This document shows, one piece after another, positions 1-12,053 of a DNA stretch of 42,087 nucleotides (within the stretch, counting starts at the first letter, position 1; each line of letters begins with the position of its first letter). Source of the stretch: Nemertoderma westbladi (lineage: Eukaryota; Animalia; Xenacoelomorpha); the NCBI GenBank assembly GCA_032718475.1, contig JAUCBJ010003413.1:1-42087 (forward strand), written 5' to 3'. Under the pieces are notes generated by a model. That model was not told the origin of the DNA and did not search any database. It saw nothing but the letters and a program-made list of their open reading frames with translations. The position numbers and the translations under genes are program-made.

Positions 1-156
1 ATTATATTAAATTAAACTATGAATGTTTCAATTATTATGAGGGGAACGTTAAAGCGTGGAATGCTATATAAAGGTAAAAAATAAAATAAATATTAATAAT
101 AATAATATAATTCAATATAGAAGTATCTATGTTTAGCCAGAACAAAGATCAGAAGA

Positions 157-374
157 ATTCCAAGAATTATTGTTCGCTGCAAGCCATTTAATCTATTTAA
201 TAAATACACAAAATTCTAGAACGTGTTATTTATTATATGAGTTGGTTGGCAACAGTGGCATGCCGATACAATATCTATATTGCGTAGCTAATCATACATA
301 AACAAATTGTTCCAGAATAGTGTGTATTTATTAAATAGAATAAATGGCCTGCAGCGAACGATAATTTTTGCAAT
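157..374. repeat. Inverted repeat (foldback/MITE-like), arms about 65 bp, spacer about 86 bp
   Basis: 157-222 (..AAGAATTATTGTTCGCTGCAAGCCATTTAATCTATTTAATAAATACACAAAATTCTAGAAC) is the reverse complement of 309-374 with scattered mismatches. No TSD identified. Confidence 0.7.
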
Positions 375-3300
375 CTTTGAATGCCTATATCTCAGCTGTT
401 TCTCAACGAAATTCAGATATTGTTACATATTTGGAATCCTTGCAACGCAAGCTTTCTAATGTGAAAAATTTACGACTAATTTGAAGGAGAATGGGAATGA
501 TACGGATGGTGCGATTTCGCAAAAGACACTTTTTTAAAACGCTTATAAAAAAATTTAAAGGCGAATTCGAAAATTCAGGCTTCATGGTAACAACCACGGT
601 GAGTTGAACTAGTTGTGTTTCAAATTTCAAGCAATATGATAAAGAGTTGTAGAGAAATTTGGGGCGGGGGGGTGGGGGGGGGGGTGTCCGTGTCATCAGA
701 AAATGACACTATATTACGGGTCGTCATGGTGTATATCGGTACTATAAAAGGGCTTTATTTAAACGTCCGCTAAAAATTTGCTATTTTTTCACCCCCACCC
801 CGTTCCCCCTCCCTCCTGCCCTCGACAATAGCATCATAACTTCTTAATATACGATGATCAGCTAAGATTGCTACAATCACCGTAGTCCAACTTACGATCC
901 ATTTAGAGTTACGACGGACGTAAATTTAAAACTGTTTCATTCATACGGGCCATTTCGTTATAGCGTTGTATGTACTTTAACTTTGTACTAGTTTATATAA
1001 ATTAACAAGAAGATTACGCACTAAGAATATACAAAAGGAATCCACTGTTTCCTTTCCCCGTAAAGACGATATTTCTGTAAAGTTAGTATTATTATCTCGA
1101 GTGCTGCACGATTGTTCAACCAAAAATAAAAAAGGTGTTGAAAGGCTCTAGCATGGGAATAAGAATACATTTAAAAATGCAATGTATCTTATAGAATTAG
1201 AATGAGAAAAAATCTACAATGAAACATGGCATTATGACTCTTCATCAAAGCCTTGGCTTTGTATTTCGTTGACTACATATACCTGTCAAATTGGGCCATA
1301 AATTCTGCCATCTTTGGCCATTATGGCCATGGATTATCCCCTGACGATCTCTGCAAATTTCCAAATGGAATGCCTTGATCTCGTTTGCGATCCGACAACT
1401 ATCCGGGATCAGGAGTTATATAAAACAGCTAATCGCATATATACACTCTTCATTTTATTGATTTATATATATAATATGGAGACAGGGGGGGGGGGGGGGG
1501 GGGGGGGGGACTGGACGCAAAACCCGCCTTGGCGAATTAATATCCCGCCTCAATGTTAAATTCTCAATTTAGGGAAAGGAGCAGGTTACAGTGGCACGTT
1601 ATTTTAACCAAAACAATAAACTAAGCACAATAGAACAGGTTACAGTTTGATTTTTGAGAATAATCAGCTGTTATTTGCGTCGAATTTCCCCTGGAGAGGG
1701 ATGAGTTTCCCCCCCTATCTGATAATATGAATCGTCCGCTTTGTGTAGTGGTGACATTCTGGTCTTATAATCAGATGGTCCCAGTTCGGGAGCACTGTTT
1801 GCCAGCACTGGTTGGGCACCATCGTTGAGTGGTCGATAAATGGGAACCAACATACATTTGAAAAATCCTAGTGGAATGGTTTACTGTGGAAAATCACCCC
1901 ACACCCATGGTGGAGAACAGGCATTCCCGACCCTAAAAGAGTATCCCATTCATATATATGATATTCCTTTTCATATGCAGAATGAAATTGCTCTGTGCTT
2001 CTTTATTGCAGGTTTTGCTGCACTGGTGAACACACCAGGGTCGAGCGCCTATAAGGTTAATTTAACGAGCCATTCATTATCATCGTTTCGGTTGTCAATT
2101 CAATTAAATTAACAGGTTTCAACCTGATGATCAACAGAGAGATAGCGTGACATAGAGGAGAGATGTGATGAAATAACAAAGTGTTCAAGAATGGGTGACC
2201 GTGAGATCTGGGAACTACTACATTGGTGTATCTCAGTGAAAACAAGCCGATCATCATGAACCATCACTCAATTATCATTAGCATGGGATAACTAATGGTA
2301 TGGAAGAAATCGACCACTACATGCTTGTTTAGGTGATGGCATAATTTGCAAATAATCTGACCTTTTCAACGGCTGATGTTGAGCGATCAATGTAAGCTTA
2401 GCAAACTAGCATCGATTCTAAGATACATGGGCGTGGCGTGACAAGTTTTTCCAATGTAGGCATGTCAAATTCTAAAAGCACTTTGGGCATCGAGCTGCAA
2501 CCAAATTACTAAGATTGAATTAATGCTTTAGAATTTTATGACATTTATCAGCCTCAGGGGCCCACTTTATTTCGCCCGTATCTCGATGAGTTTATCAGAT
2601 TGGATCCAAAAATGTCAAACACCTCTCCCTATGCAGCCCGATAATAGATGGTTTAATTAATTTAGCTACAGGTTCATGTCCATATCGGTAGTACAATACG
2701 AGGTTATTCCTTATCATTTTTGTCAGGACAATCAATTGCTAAGCATTGCATGAATTAACTGCCAACATGACCAATTCAAGTGTACTAGTACTGTCTGTAT
2801 TTATTATGTCGCGGTCAATTAATTTTTCAATTCATTGCCTTAATCAACAGAAATTGACATGACGTGCCATGCCATGAGATGAATATTTGTAAAATATATA
2901 TAATTCATTTTAATTACCTTTTGATATGTCATTCGATTTCAATTTCCATTTCATAGAAACCTTTTATCATAAGTTTCTCATTTCTGTAATACATGACTGA
3001 ACTTTATTGATTCCACACAACCGTATTGTCGGTCTACAAATACTCAGTCCTCTATGTACCGTACATTAGGGTGTCATTTAAAGTAATACTGTAATGTTGG
3101 CATGGCAGTTATGTATAGCATTGTATAGGGGACTTGCTTTGTATGTCACATTCACAGACAAGCCTCCTTGAAAGAATCAATGAAAATTAGTTAATGGTTA
3201 TTATATAAATACTGTTGTATATTTTATCGCCCATGTGAAGAATACCAGGATTTCACTTTTCGGTCGACTTTTTATTGGAATTTTATATATGAATATTTTT

Positions 3301-5010
3301 TATTTTTTTTTAATTTATCTTTATTAAGTGTTTTATAGCGCTTATTTATGTCTTATATCATGTACAAATACTAATTCGTTTATTGTTTTGGTTAAATTCA
3401 GCCCTTCTGTAACCTGTGTTTTTGGTGAAAACCTGGTATTCTTCACATGGGGGTAACTGCAAAGTGAAATATAACGGCATAAAGTCTGGTATTCTTCACA
3501 TGGGCCTATTTTATTTATATTCTGTTATTTTTTCCAGGGCACAATTTACAAAATTAGTGGTATCGAAACTTGTTGTTTGGTCAAAAATAAAAATTGAAAT
3601 TTGCCAATATTAGCAACATGCGGAATTTTTTAACGTGTATGAGTCGACACCGAAACACAAACCTCGGGGCGCTGTCTAAATTATTAATTTTAGGGGTGTC
3701 GCCTGGGGTTCGTAGTACAACCTGACTCGCTTTAATGTTGCCTCGTTTACTCAATGTTTCATAATCCATAAATCAATAGAAATCGACATGCTCTGCCCCA
3801 GCCTGTATGTGTATACCGGTATTACGGCCAGTATGTGCTGTAGGTTGTATTTCCTAATCATTGGTTATTGCATCTGCTAGCATTTAGTTTATCAAATCCC
3901 TACCCAGAATATTACAATATTTTTTCTAAAAATAACAAAAATAACTCTGAATTTTATTACACCCAGTACTTGTGTGGCCAGCAGGGCCGTGATCGCAGCT
4001 ACTGATGGTACTCATAAACATCGCACCATTATGCAAACATTATTTAATTTCACATTCCTAACTATATTGCTTTACAACAACAATGATGTTTCGATAGTTA
4101 GATAATGTAGCACACGTATTATTGTATCAGTGCGATATAGTCTTTAAAACCACAAGGAACTTGCGCAGTGTCTGTGCAGGAACGAACTGTCTTATACACT
4201 AGCAATGTATAATACGTGGGTGTGTCAGTCTTTCTGCAATCTGGTATCTTATCATATATACCTTGTATTATTTATTATATTAGTCAAGGCAATTATGCCA
4301 GCATTGACTCATGAATGAGGTAATTTAGATGTCTCTCATCTGCCCTTGGGATAAAATATGATGTGTATCGACCTCGATTACCTTACATCAGACGCTACAG
4401 AACGCGGCAACACTATTCGAAAAATGTATCAAGTCGAATACGCAGATACGTTCTTTTTAGTTATCACCGAACACACACGGAATGATGATTGATGTTACCA
4501 CAACTACACCAAATGTTGTCGCTAATGTATTCAAATATAATTCATCATTCAAATATAGTATATCAATGCACAAAAACAATGACTACTGTACATTGCAGTT
4601 CGAATGAGCTCCATCTACATTAACTTATATTACTACAACTTTGCAATACTCGGTAAATTCCAAGTCAATATCGAAGTTAATTTTAAGAACTCCATGATCA
4701 TAATACATGACGTGTATCTCTCACATTATTCTTCAACAACTCGAAATCCTACTTGATGGATTTCAATGACCCACTTACAGTTAATATTATAAAAAAGGTT
4801 ATCAAAGATATCAGAGGTTGGTATACTAAATAGAAAGCCCACATTGTTACCATTAGATCATGCGGCTGCTTGTGCTTCGTCTAAGAATTGAAAATGAATA
4901 TTTCTAATTGACGTTTAATTGACGATTTCTAATTAAGTAAACTTTTAACTAAAATATGTGACTTAGAGGAAGTATGGGAAAGTTGGCGGAATGTATCCTG
5001 CAAGTAATGA

Positions 5011-5168
5011 CAGGGGCTATAAAGACCCAGGGGCGATAAAGACTCGGGGGCTATAAAGACCCAGGGGCGATAAGTTCTTAAAAACTCAAAACAGGGCAGG
5101 GGGGCGATAAGTCCCCAACAAAAATGTAATTTATTGGTGCGATAAAGGTCCAGGGGCGATAAGGTCCT
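5011..5168. repeat. 17-bp tandem/clustered repeat CAGGGGC(G/T)ATAAAGACC, about 7 motif copies; resembles the subterminal array of a DNA transposon
   Basis: Units start at 5011, 5028, 5045 and 5062, with further G(G/T)GCGATAA motifs up to about 5168. Transposon origin is inference. Confidence 0.75.
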
Positions 5169-6554
5169 GCTTCGTGCTGAAACATGGCAGTAGTCGAGCA
5201 GTGTGTAATAATTAAATAACGCATGCTCTTCTAATTTAGTTTAAAGGATTATAATTCTTACATTATTGGTATAGAAGAAGCATGTAGCAAGTTATCGACC
5301 TAGAGATTATCTGCAAATAAATTGATGAAATAATTATTTCCTCCAACAATCTGGAATACGTAACAATGTCCACTGTACCACATCCGAATTTATTTACTTA
5401 CATGATGGGCTTTCTCATTGAGCAAATTTGGTCGATTCTGATAGAATTATGTATTTCGGCTGTATTTTTGGTTTTACTTTATTTTTTAAAATTAGTATTA
5501 CTTTTTGTGCGTTCGTATAATAAAATGCCAACACATTATTTTTCCCCTAAGGAATATTCCATAGATGAAGGATAAAAGGGCAACAAAACAGATAAATTGA
5601 ACAACAAATTACATTTGTTTTCAGTGTTGCAAACTCCCCTAAGATATTTGCTTCATGTTTATTGCGAATTCATCCCTCCTGGACATTTTGACAAAAACAT
5701 GTATAATCAAAAATAATGTCACATGGCTCAGCAAACAATCCATTAATAACCATACAGCTGCGGGCAATCCCATGTACGGCCGAGAGGATCTGCCGTGATA
5801 GAACTATTCTTGATATTTTTACCACAGGGAAGTAATTGCATGTTCGTATTTCCAGATATAATTATCGGATTTTATATGTTGGATAGGAAGCAGCCCGCGA
5901 CGTACGAATCTCATGAGCTTCACTCTTTGGAGCATGGCTGTTAATCCTGCCAATTCCCCCCCCCCCCCCCCCCATCCTTCCTGTTAGCGAATTTACCTTG
6001 GTGGAACTCCCACAATCCCACATACCGAGCCTTCATTTATGCAACCTCACAATAATCACAGTAGAAATAACAGTACTAACCAGTCAGCCTACTGCAATCC
6101 TCCTGCGGTTGTCTGTAGATAACGCTAGGTAGTACGTTCACCTCATAGCTCCACAGGTGGTGCTACGGAGGATTGACAAGATCTACTACTACAGAGGGTA
6201 TTTTTGTTGATGGCTATAAATAGCCTAAGTAACCAATGTATTATTATATATTCATAGAACAATCTCTCAGTGGTAACCACATCCAATATTCCATTTTGGC
6301 AGCAGGGGAATTGCATTAGTTATTCTAAATCGTGATTAGTCAAGGGCTAAATGTACTGATATTATTGCAGTAGAGAGCGATGACTAATGGTTATGCTTCA
6401 TTACTGCTTTCTTTCCAACCACAGAACAGCGGAAATAAGTTGTGACAGCTATCCGTTCCAAATCTAAGTACTGCCAAGAGAACACAATTCCGTATGGTTT
6501 AACATTAAGGAATTTTTCCAAGACACACTTTAGAGCCGGGACGAGACGCTTATA

Positions 6555-6815
6555 GTCAAAGGTTCAACAAGGTCAAAGGTTCCACAGGGTGAAATGTACC
6601 ACAGGGTCAAAAGTTCCACAGGGTCAAATGTTCCACAGTGTCAAAAGTTCCACAGGGTCAAAGGTTCCACAGGCAGGGTCAAAGGTTTCAGAGGGTCAAA
6701 TGTTCCACAGGGACAAAGGTTACACAGTGCCAAAGGTTCCACAGGGTTAAAAGTTCCACAAGGTCAAAGGTTTAACTGGGTCAAAGGATCCACAGGGCCA
6801 AAGGTTCCACAGGGT
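6555..6815. repeat. 17-bp minisatellite CAAAGGTTCCACAGGGT, about 15 degenerate copies
   Basis: Directly visible periodicity; it explains the repetitive ORF 6594..7043. Confidence 0.9.
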
Positions 6816-6944
6816 GGGAACATGTGGCAGCAGGTGGGAGGAAACGTGGAAATCAATACTATACTTAATGAGGATAAATTGGGAATTTATATTGGTTTTG
6901 AAACAGAAGAAATAACTGAGATATGGAGCCAGCAGCCATTTCTG

Positions 6945-7049
6945 CATATGGTATACTTCAGAGCTCGGAGGGAGACACAGAATCATTTGAAGTTCCATAG
7001 GGTGTCCTTCAGGGGAGACTTAGAATCCTTTGAAGTTCCATAGGGTGTC
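6945..7049 (-). repeat. About two inverted copies of the satellite A monomer abutting the main array
   Basis: CATATGGTATACTTCAGAGCTCGGAGGGAGACACAGAATCATTTGAAGTTCCATAGGGTGTCC is the reverse complement of the satellite A unit; orientation switches at 7049/7050. Confidence 0.9.
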
Positions 7050-8829
7050 ATTCTAAGTCTCCCTCTAAAGGACAACCCTATGGAACTTCAAATGATTATG
7101 TGTCTCCCTCTGAGCTCTGAAGGACAACCCTATGGAACTTCAAATGATTATGTGTCTCCCTCTGAGCTCTGAAGGACAACCCTATGGAACTTCAAATGAT
7201 TCTAAGTCTCCCTCTAAAGGACAACCCTATGGAACTTCAAATGAATATGTGTCTCCCTCTGGGCTCTGAAGGACAACCCTATGGAACTTCAAATGATTAT
7301 GTGTCTCCCTCTGAGTTCTGAAGGACAACCCTATGGAACTTCAAATGATTATGTGTCTCCCTCTGAGCTCTGAAGGACAACCCTATGGAACTTCAAATGA
7401 TTATGTGTCTCCCTCTGAGCTCTGAAGGACAACCCTATGGAACTTCAAATGATTATGTGTCTCCCTCTGAGCTCTGAAGGACAACCATATGGAACTTCAA
7501 ATGAATATGTGTCTCCCTCTGAGCTCTGAAGGACACCATATGGAACTTCAAATGATTATGTGTCTCCCTCTGAGCTCTGAAGGTCAACCATATGGAACTT
7601 CAAATGATTATGTGTCTCCCTCTGAGCTCTGAAGGACAACCCTATGGAACTTCAAATGATTCTAAGTCTCCCTCTAAAGGACAACCCTATGGGACTTCAA
7701 ATGAATATGTGTCTCCCTCTGAGCTCTGAAGGACAACCATATGGAACTTCAAATGATTATGTGTCTCCCTCTGAACTCTGAAGGACAACCATATGGAACT
7801 TCAAATGATTATGTGTCTCCCTCTGAGCTCTGAAGGACACCATATGGAACTTCAAATGATTATGTGTCTCCCTCTGAGCTCTGAAGGACAACCATATGGA
7901 ACTTCAAATGATTATGTGTGTCTCCCTCTGAGCTCTGAAGGACAGCCATATGGAACTTCAAATGAATATGTGTCTCCCTATGAGCTCTGAAGGACACCCT
8001 ATGGAACTTCAAATTATTATGTGTCTCCCTCTGAGCTCTGAAGGAGAACCATATGGAACTTCAAATGATTATGTGTCTCCCTCTGAGCTCTGAAGGACAA
8101 CCCTATGGAACTTCAAATGATTCTAAGTCTCCCTCTAAAGGACAACCCTATGGGACTTCAAATGATTATGTGTCTCCCTCTAAAGGACAACCCTATGGGA
8201 CTTCAAATGATTATGTGTCTCCCTCTGAGCTCTGAAGGACAACCATATGGAACTTCAAATGATTCTAAGTCTCCCTCTAAAGGACAACCCTATGGAACTT
8301 CAAATGATTATGTGACTCCCTCTGAGCTCTGAAGGACACCCTATGGAACTTCAAATGATTCTAAGTCTCCCTCTGAGCTCTGAAGGACAACCCTATGGAA
8401 CTTCAAATGATTCTAAGTCTCCCTCTAAAGGACAACCCTATGGGACTTCAAATGATTATGTGTCTCCCTCTAAAGGACAACCCTATGGGACTTCAAATGA
8501 TTATGTGTCTCTCTCTGAGCTCTGAAGGACAACCCTATGGAACTTCAAATGATTCTAAGTCTCCCTCTAAAGGACAACCCTATGGGACTTCAAATGATTA
8601 TGTGTCTCCCTCTGAGCTCTGAAGGACAACCCTATGGAACTTCAAATGATTATGTGTCTCCCTCTGAGCTCTGAAGGACAACCCTATGGGACTTCAAATG
8701 ATTATGTGTCTCCCTCTGAGCTCTGAAGGACAACCATATGGAACTTCAAATGATTATGTGTCTCCCTCTAAAGGACAACCCTATGGGACTTCAAATGATT
8801 ATGTGTCTCCCTCTAAAGGACAACCCTAT
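7050..8829 (+). repeat. Satellite A, left block: 52/51-bp monomer GGACAACCCTATGGAACTTCAAATGATTATGTGTCTCCCTCTGAGCTCTGAA interspersed with a 45-bp variant (..GATTCTAAGTCTCCCTCTAAA), about 35 copies
   Basis: Tandem period of 52 bp measured (7070 to 7122); near-identical units with no unique spacers. Confidence 0.97.
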
Positions 8830-10304
8830 TGTAAAAGCTTCTGTGGGATATAACTGGCCCTTTTGCTTCGCAATCCAGTTTCCCCCCAGGCGCTGGAATA
8901 CTCTAAAAGGCTCTCTAACTATATATATATTCCCCTCGCCCGCAAGGTACCGTTATAGGTGTTTTAACGGACATAAAAGTCATTCTTCTATATACGTGCT
9001 TTGGAGGACATGGTAAGGCAAAAAACCCGCAATGCACCAAATACCCTTACACAGCTTAGCCTTGATGATTCAGATTGCGACATCTAACAGCTGGTTGCTG
9101 ACATGGAAACGGCCATTGGACACATGGTTCTTTGTTTAGCTTAAGCCAATCAGAGCGATTTTTTCTGTCGATGTGGAGATATTCGGCCGATCGTGCTAGT
9201 AGTGTTCAGTCTTACTGTTTTTTCTTGTTACTGTTGTGTTGTTTGTATCTAGGCCAGGAACACCGGCTCTAGAGTCAATTCGTTTTCATACTTTAGAAGA
9301 AACATTAGTAGGCTTAAATTATAGAGCGTATAACTGTTATCAACTCATAACAACTTGACTCAATCGGCACATACTGTTGTTTCATATCATATCTTAACCT
9401 ACCGTCTTAATGCTTTTACTGTTGTCATATTTTGTATTAGTTGGTTGAATATTATTTGGAGAACATTTATAAAGAACCCAAAATTCCCAATTTTCTTGAT
9501 ACACTACAGGTTAGAGAGACGGGTTATATATAGCGATTGCGACTTATATTGTTGTGTTTGTAGTGAATTTAATGCTATTTGATAAGCACTACATGAGTCC
9601 GTTGCTGTTCTCTTTATATATGATAAAATTCATTGACAGTCGGCAAATTAGTGAGCAGTATTGTGTGTTACCGGTAGTGTGCATGATTGTGACTGATAAC
9701 TAAGCATTTCCTAAAGAATGCGCCTCATATGTGAATCATAAGCCTTACCGACTTACCGTTGTGATTAGTATAAGTCATATCTCTGTTTACCTAGATAGAG
9801 CGCCACGTCCTAAAGGAACTGTTAATATTTCCCGAAAGTGAATAATATTAGTCAGAAATTATTTATTAACGATCAATCGAATAATACAGTAAGCTTACAC
9901 TGCAATAATAATCTAAGCCCTCAGAATCCAGTCTCCCGGGTATATCCAGCGGGTGAATGGACGCGCACTAGGCTGGCTTCTGCTAATGTTGTGTTTATTG
10001 GTATTAAATATTTGTCAACTTCTAAAGTCTATTTATAAACCAAAAGACATATAAATTTTGGCAGGTTAAACTGCTAAAGGTCTTCAAAAGCGCGTACAAT
10101 AACAGTTATTGTCTTTATTGCAGTAAGCAATAAAGTTGAAAGTACCGGTCGACCGGTAAACCTGAACCGGTACTTCTGTAGGTCAGTAGGCCCAACTGCC
10201 AGATACCGGTACTGCCGTAGGTCCGTAGGTCCAACTGCCAGAACCGGTACTTCTGTAGGTCCGTAGGCCCAACTGTCCTAACCGGTACTTCCAGTATAAG
10301 TACA
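8830..10304 (+). promoter_or_regulatory. Candidate 5' LTR (TGT...ACA); right boundary uncertain
   Basis: Starts TGTAAAAG; TATA-like run at about 8920-8930; CCAAT box (AGCCAATCAG, about 9144); AATAAA at 10129; ends TATAAGTACA, which matches the element's 3' junction TATAAGAACA at 9/10 positions. No clear TGG-type PBS follows, so the boundary is tentative. Confidence 0.4.
10165..10292. repeat. 38-39-bp tandem repeat (about 3.3 copies) in the retrotransposon 5' region
   Basis: AACCGGTACTTCTGTAGGTC(A/C)GTAGGCCCAACTGCCAG units at 10165, 10203, 10242 and 10280. Confidence 0.9.
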
Positions 10305-12053
10305 TTAGTATTATTCGATTTTGATTATTGTATACCGGTAGGTCTTAGTATTTAATCAGGGACTGCAGCCCTGGTTCTTTATTGAGATTTTACTTATTTC
10401 TGTCGGTTTTATTTACATGTAAGTTAATATTGAGCTGAAGACGTGTAAGTCTGCTGTAAGTCAGATTGTTCAGATAATTGTAGGCCGGACTGTTGTTAGA
10501 TTGTTGTTGAGATTGGAGAGATTACGGCGTGTGTAGAGTTTGTCCGATAGAGTGCCAGTTAGTAAGTTGGGGCAGCCATAGCTGTAAGGTCAATCCCCTC
10601 TTAAAGAATAAGTCGTACTACCGTGTTAGAACGCATACTAACTAACCATTTTGGAATCTGCACGTACGGTAGTTTATTTAGGCTTGGTGGTAGTCTGCCA
10701 GCGTTTGGTTTGTATTTTGTTTGAGTATTCTGTACGGGTAGCGTAATATTTATTATTTAGAGTTTATGCGATTATTCGCAACATTCATGTCCCCAAGTTT
10801 ATTCCTACAGTAATTGTGTTTGTTACATATACCGTTATAGTTAAATTAACCCCGGTACTACACGGGCTGCTTGGCGTAGGAAAAGACTGGTGACTTTGTG
10901 CTCTGGTCACTCCAGCAGATGCCGTGGTTCTTTTAACTGTTCAAGTATATTTAACTACTGATTATTTGTTGTACCAGTACTTGTACCTAATTTAGGGTTT
11001 GGTGTACAGTGCTTTCCGAAAGTAATTAGTGTGTAGGCAGTATATTTGTGTTGTAAAGTGGTTAATAGGCACGTTGGATCTGGTAGTCCGCGGTAATTAA
11101 CTTCCAGGTAGGAACACTCCGTGATACATAACGTAGTACCTATAGCGATACGGCTATAGGTCGTCAGGCGGTGGTATTTTCCTATCTGGACAGTGCAATA
11201 TATTTACTACTACTTATTATTTTCAAATACCGTAGTACCCTGTCCGTTGTAATAACCAGAAATCTAACCCTTTGTTAGGCTGGTTTGTAGACTTCCTGTA
11301 AAATTACCCTAAAATTTCGTACGTAATATTTTTGTTGTGTTTAATTAGAGATTTAATCTCACCCGTATCGTAAGTAATTTGTAGTATTAAGTAACTTAGG
11401 TAAATTAGAATTATCTGTTTTAGTGTCCCATAGGTAGCACTTCACTGAGAGCGCACAGCTTCTGTGTAGTGACTCCCCCAAAAATAATAACATTTATTTC
11501 AAATATTGACAAAACCCCTTTAAACGGGTATATATCTATTATAAATCAACTCAAACGATTTATAAATAGTAGGCCTGCCATACAACAACTAGGTCTCAAT
11601 ATCAGTTGGACTACTGCTTAAATAACGGTAATAAAGTAAGTTAAATGTAACTAAGTAACCCTAAAATATTCAGAAATTCAATTATTCTAAAATAATTGAC
11701 ATACCAGTATTTACCATAGGCTTATTATATTTATTTCTATAAATTTGAGCTGAAATCATACCGGTACTCTGTAATTAATTCTAGTCCATAATTATACTTA
11801 TATATACTATCAGTGTAAGCTGTATACCGGTATTCACGATAGGCCTATTATATATTTATATATATTTGTGCTAAAATTATATACCGGTACTCTGTGACAA
11901 ACCTAGTTTACAATACTTATATATACTATAAGTGTATACCGGTATTCTAATATACGGTAATAAATTAACGGTACTAGGCCAACGGTCATACTGAATTACT
12001 AGACTTGCTTTAACTGAAACTATAGCAGTAGACATTCAACTGTATAGCTAAAC

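Noticed and set aside
1840-2112. GIY-YIG-like look of IHLKNPSGMVYCGKS
   Set aside because: The resemblance is limited to a few residues, the downstream catalytic Arg/Glu pattern is not evident, and the rest of the ORF is unconvincing.
6594-9016. Short ORFs MELQMIMCLPLSSEG.. and the 149-aa ORF at 6594
   Set aside because: Products of the 17-bp and 52/45-bp repeats. The same applies to ORFs at 17751-18327 and 35643-36965.
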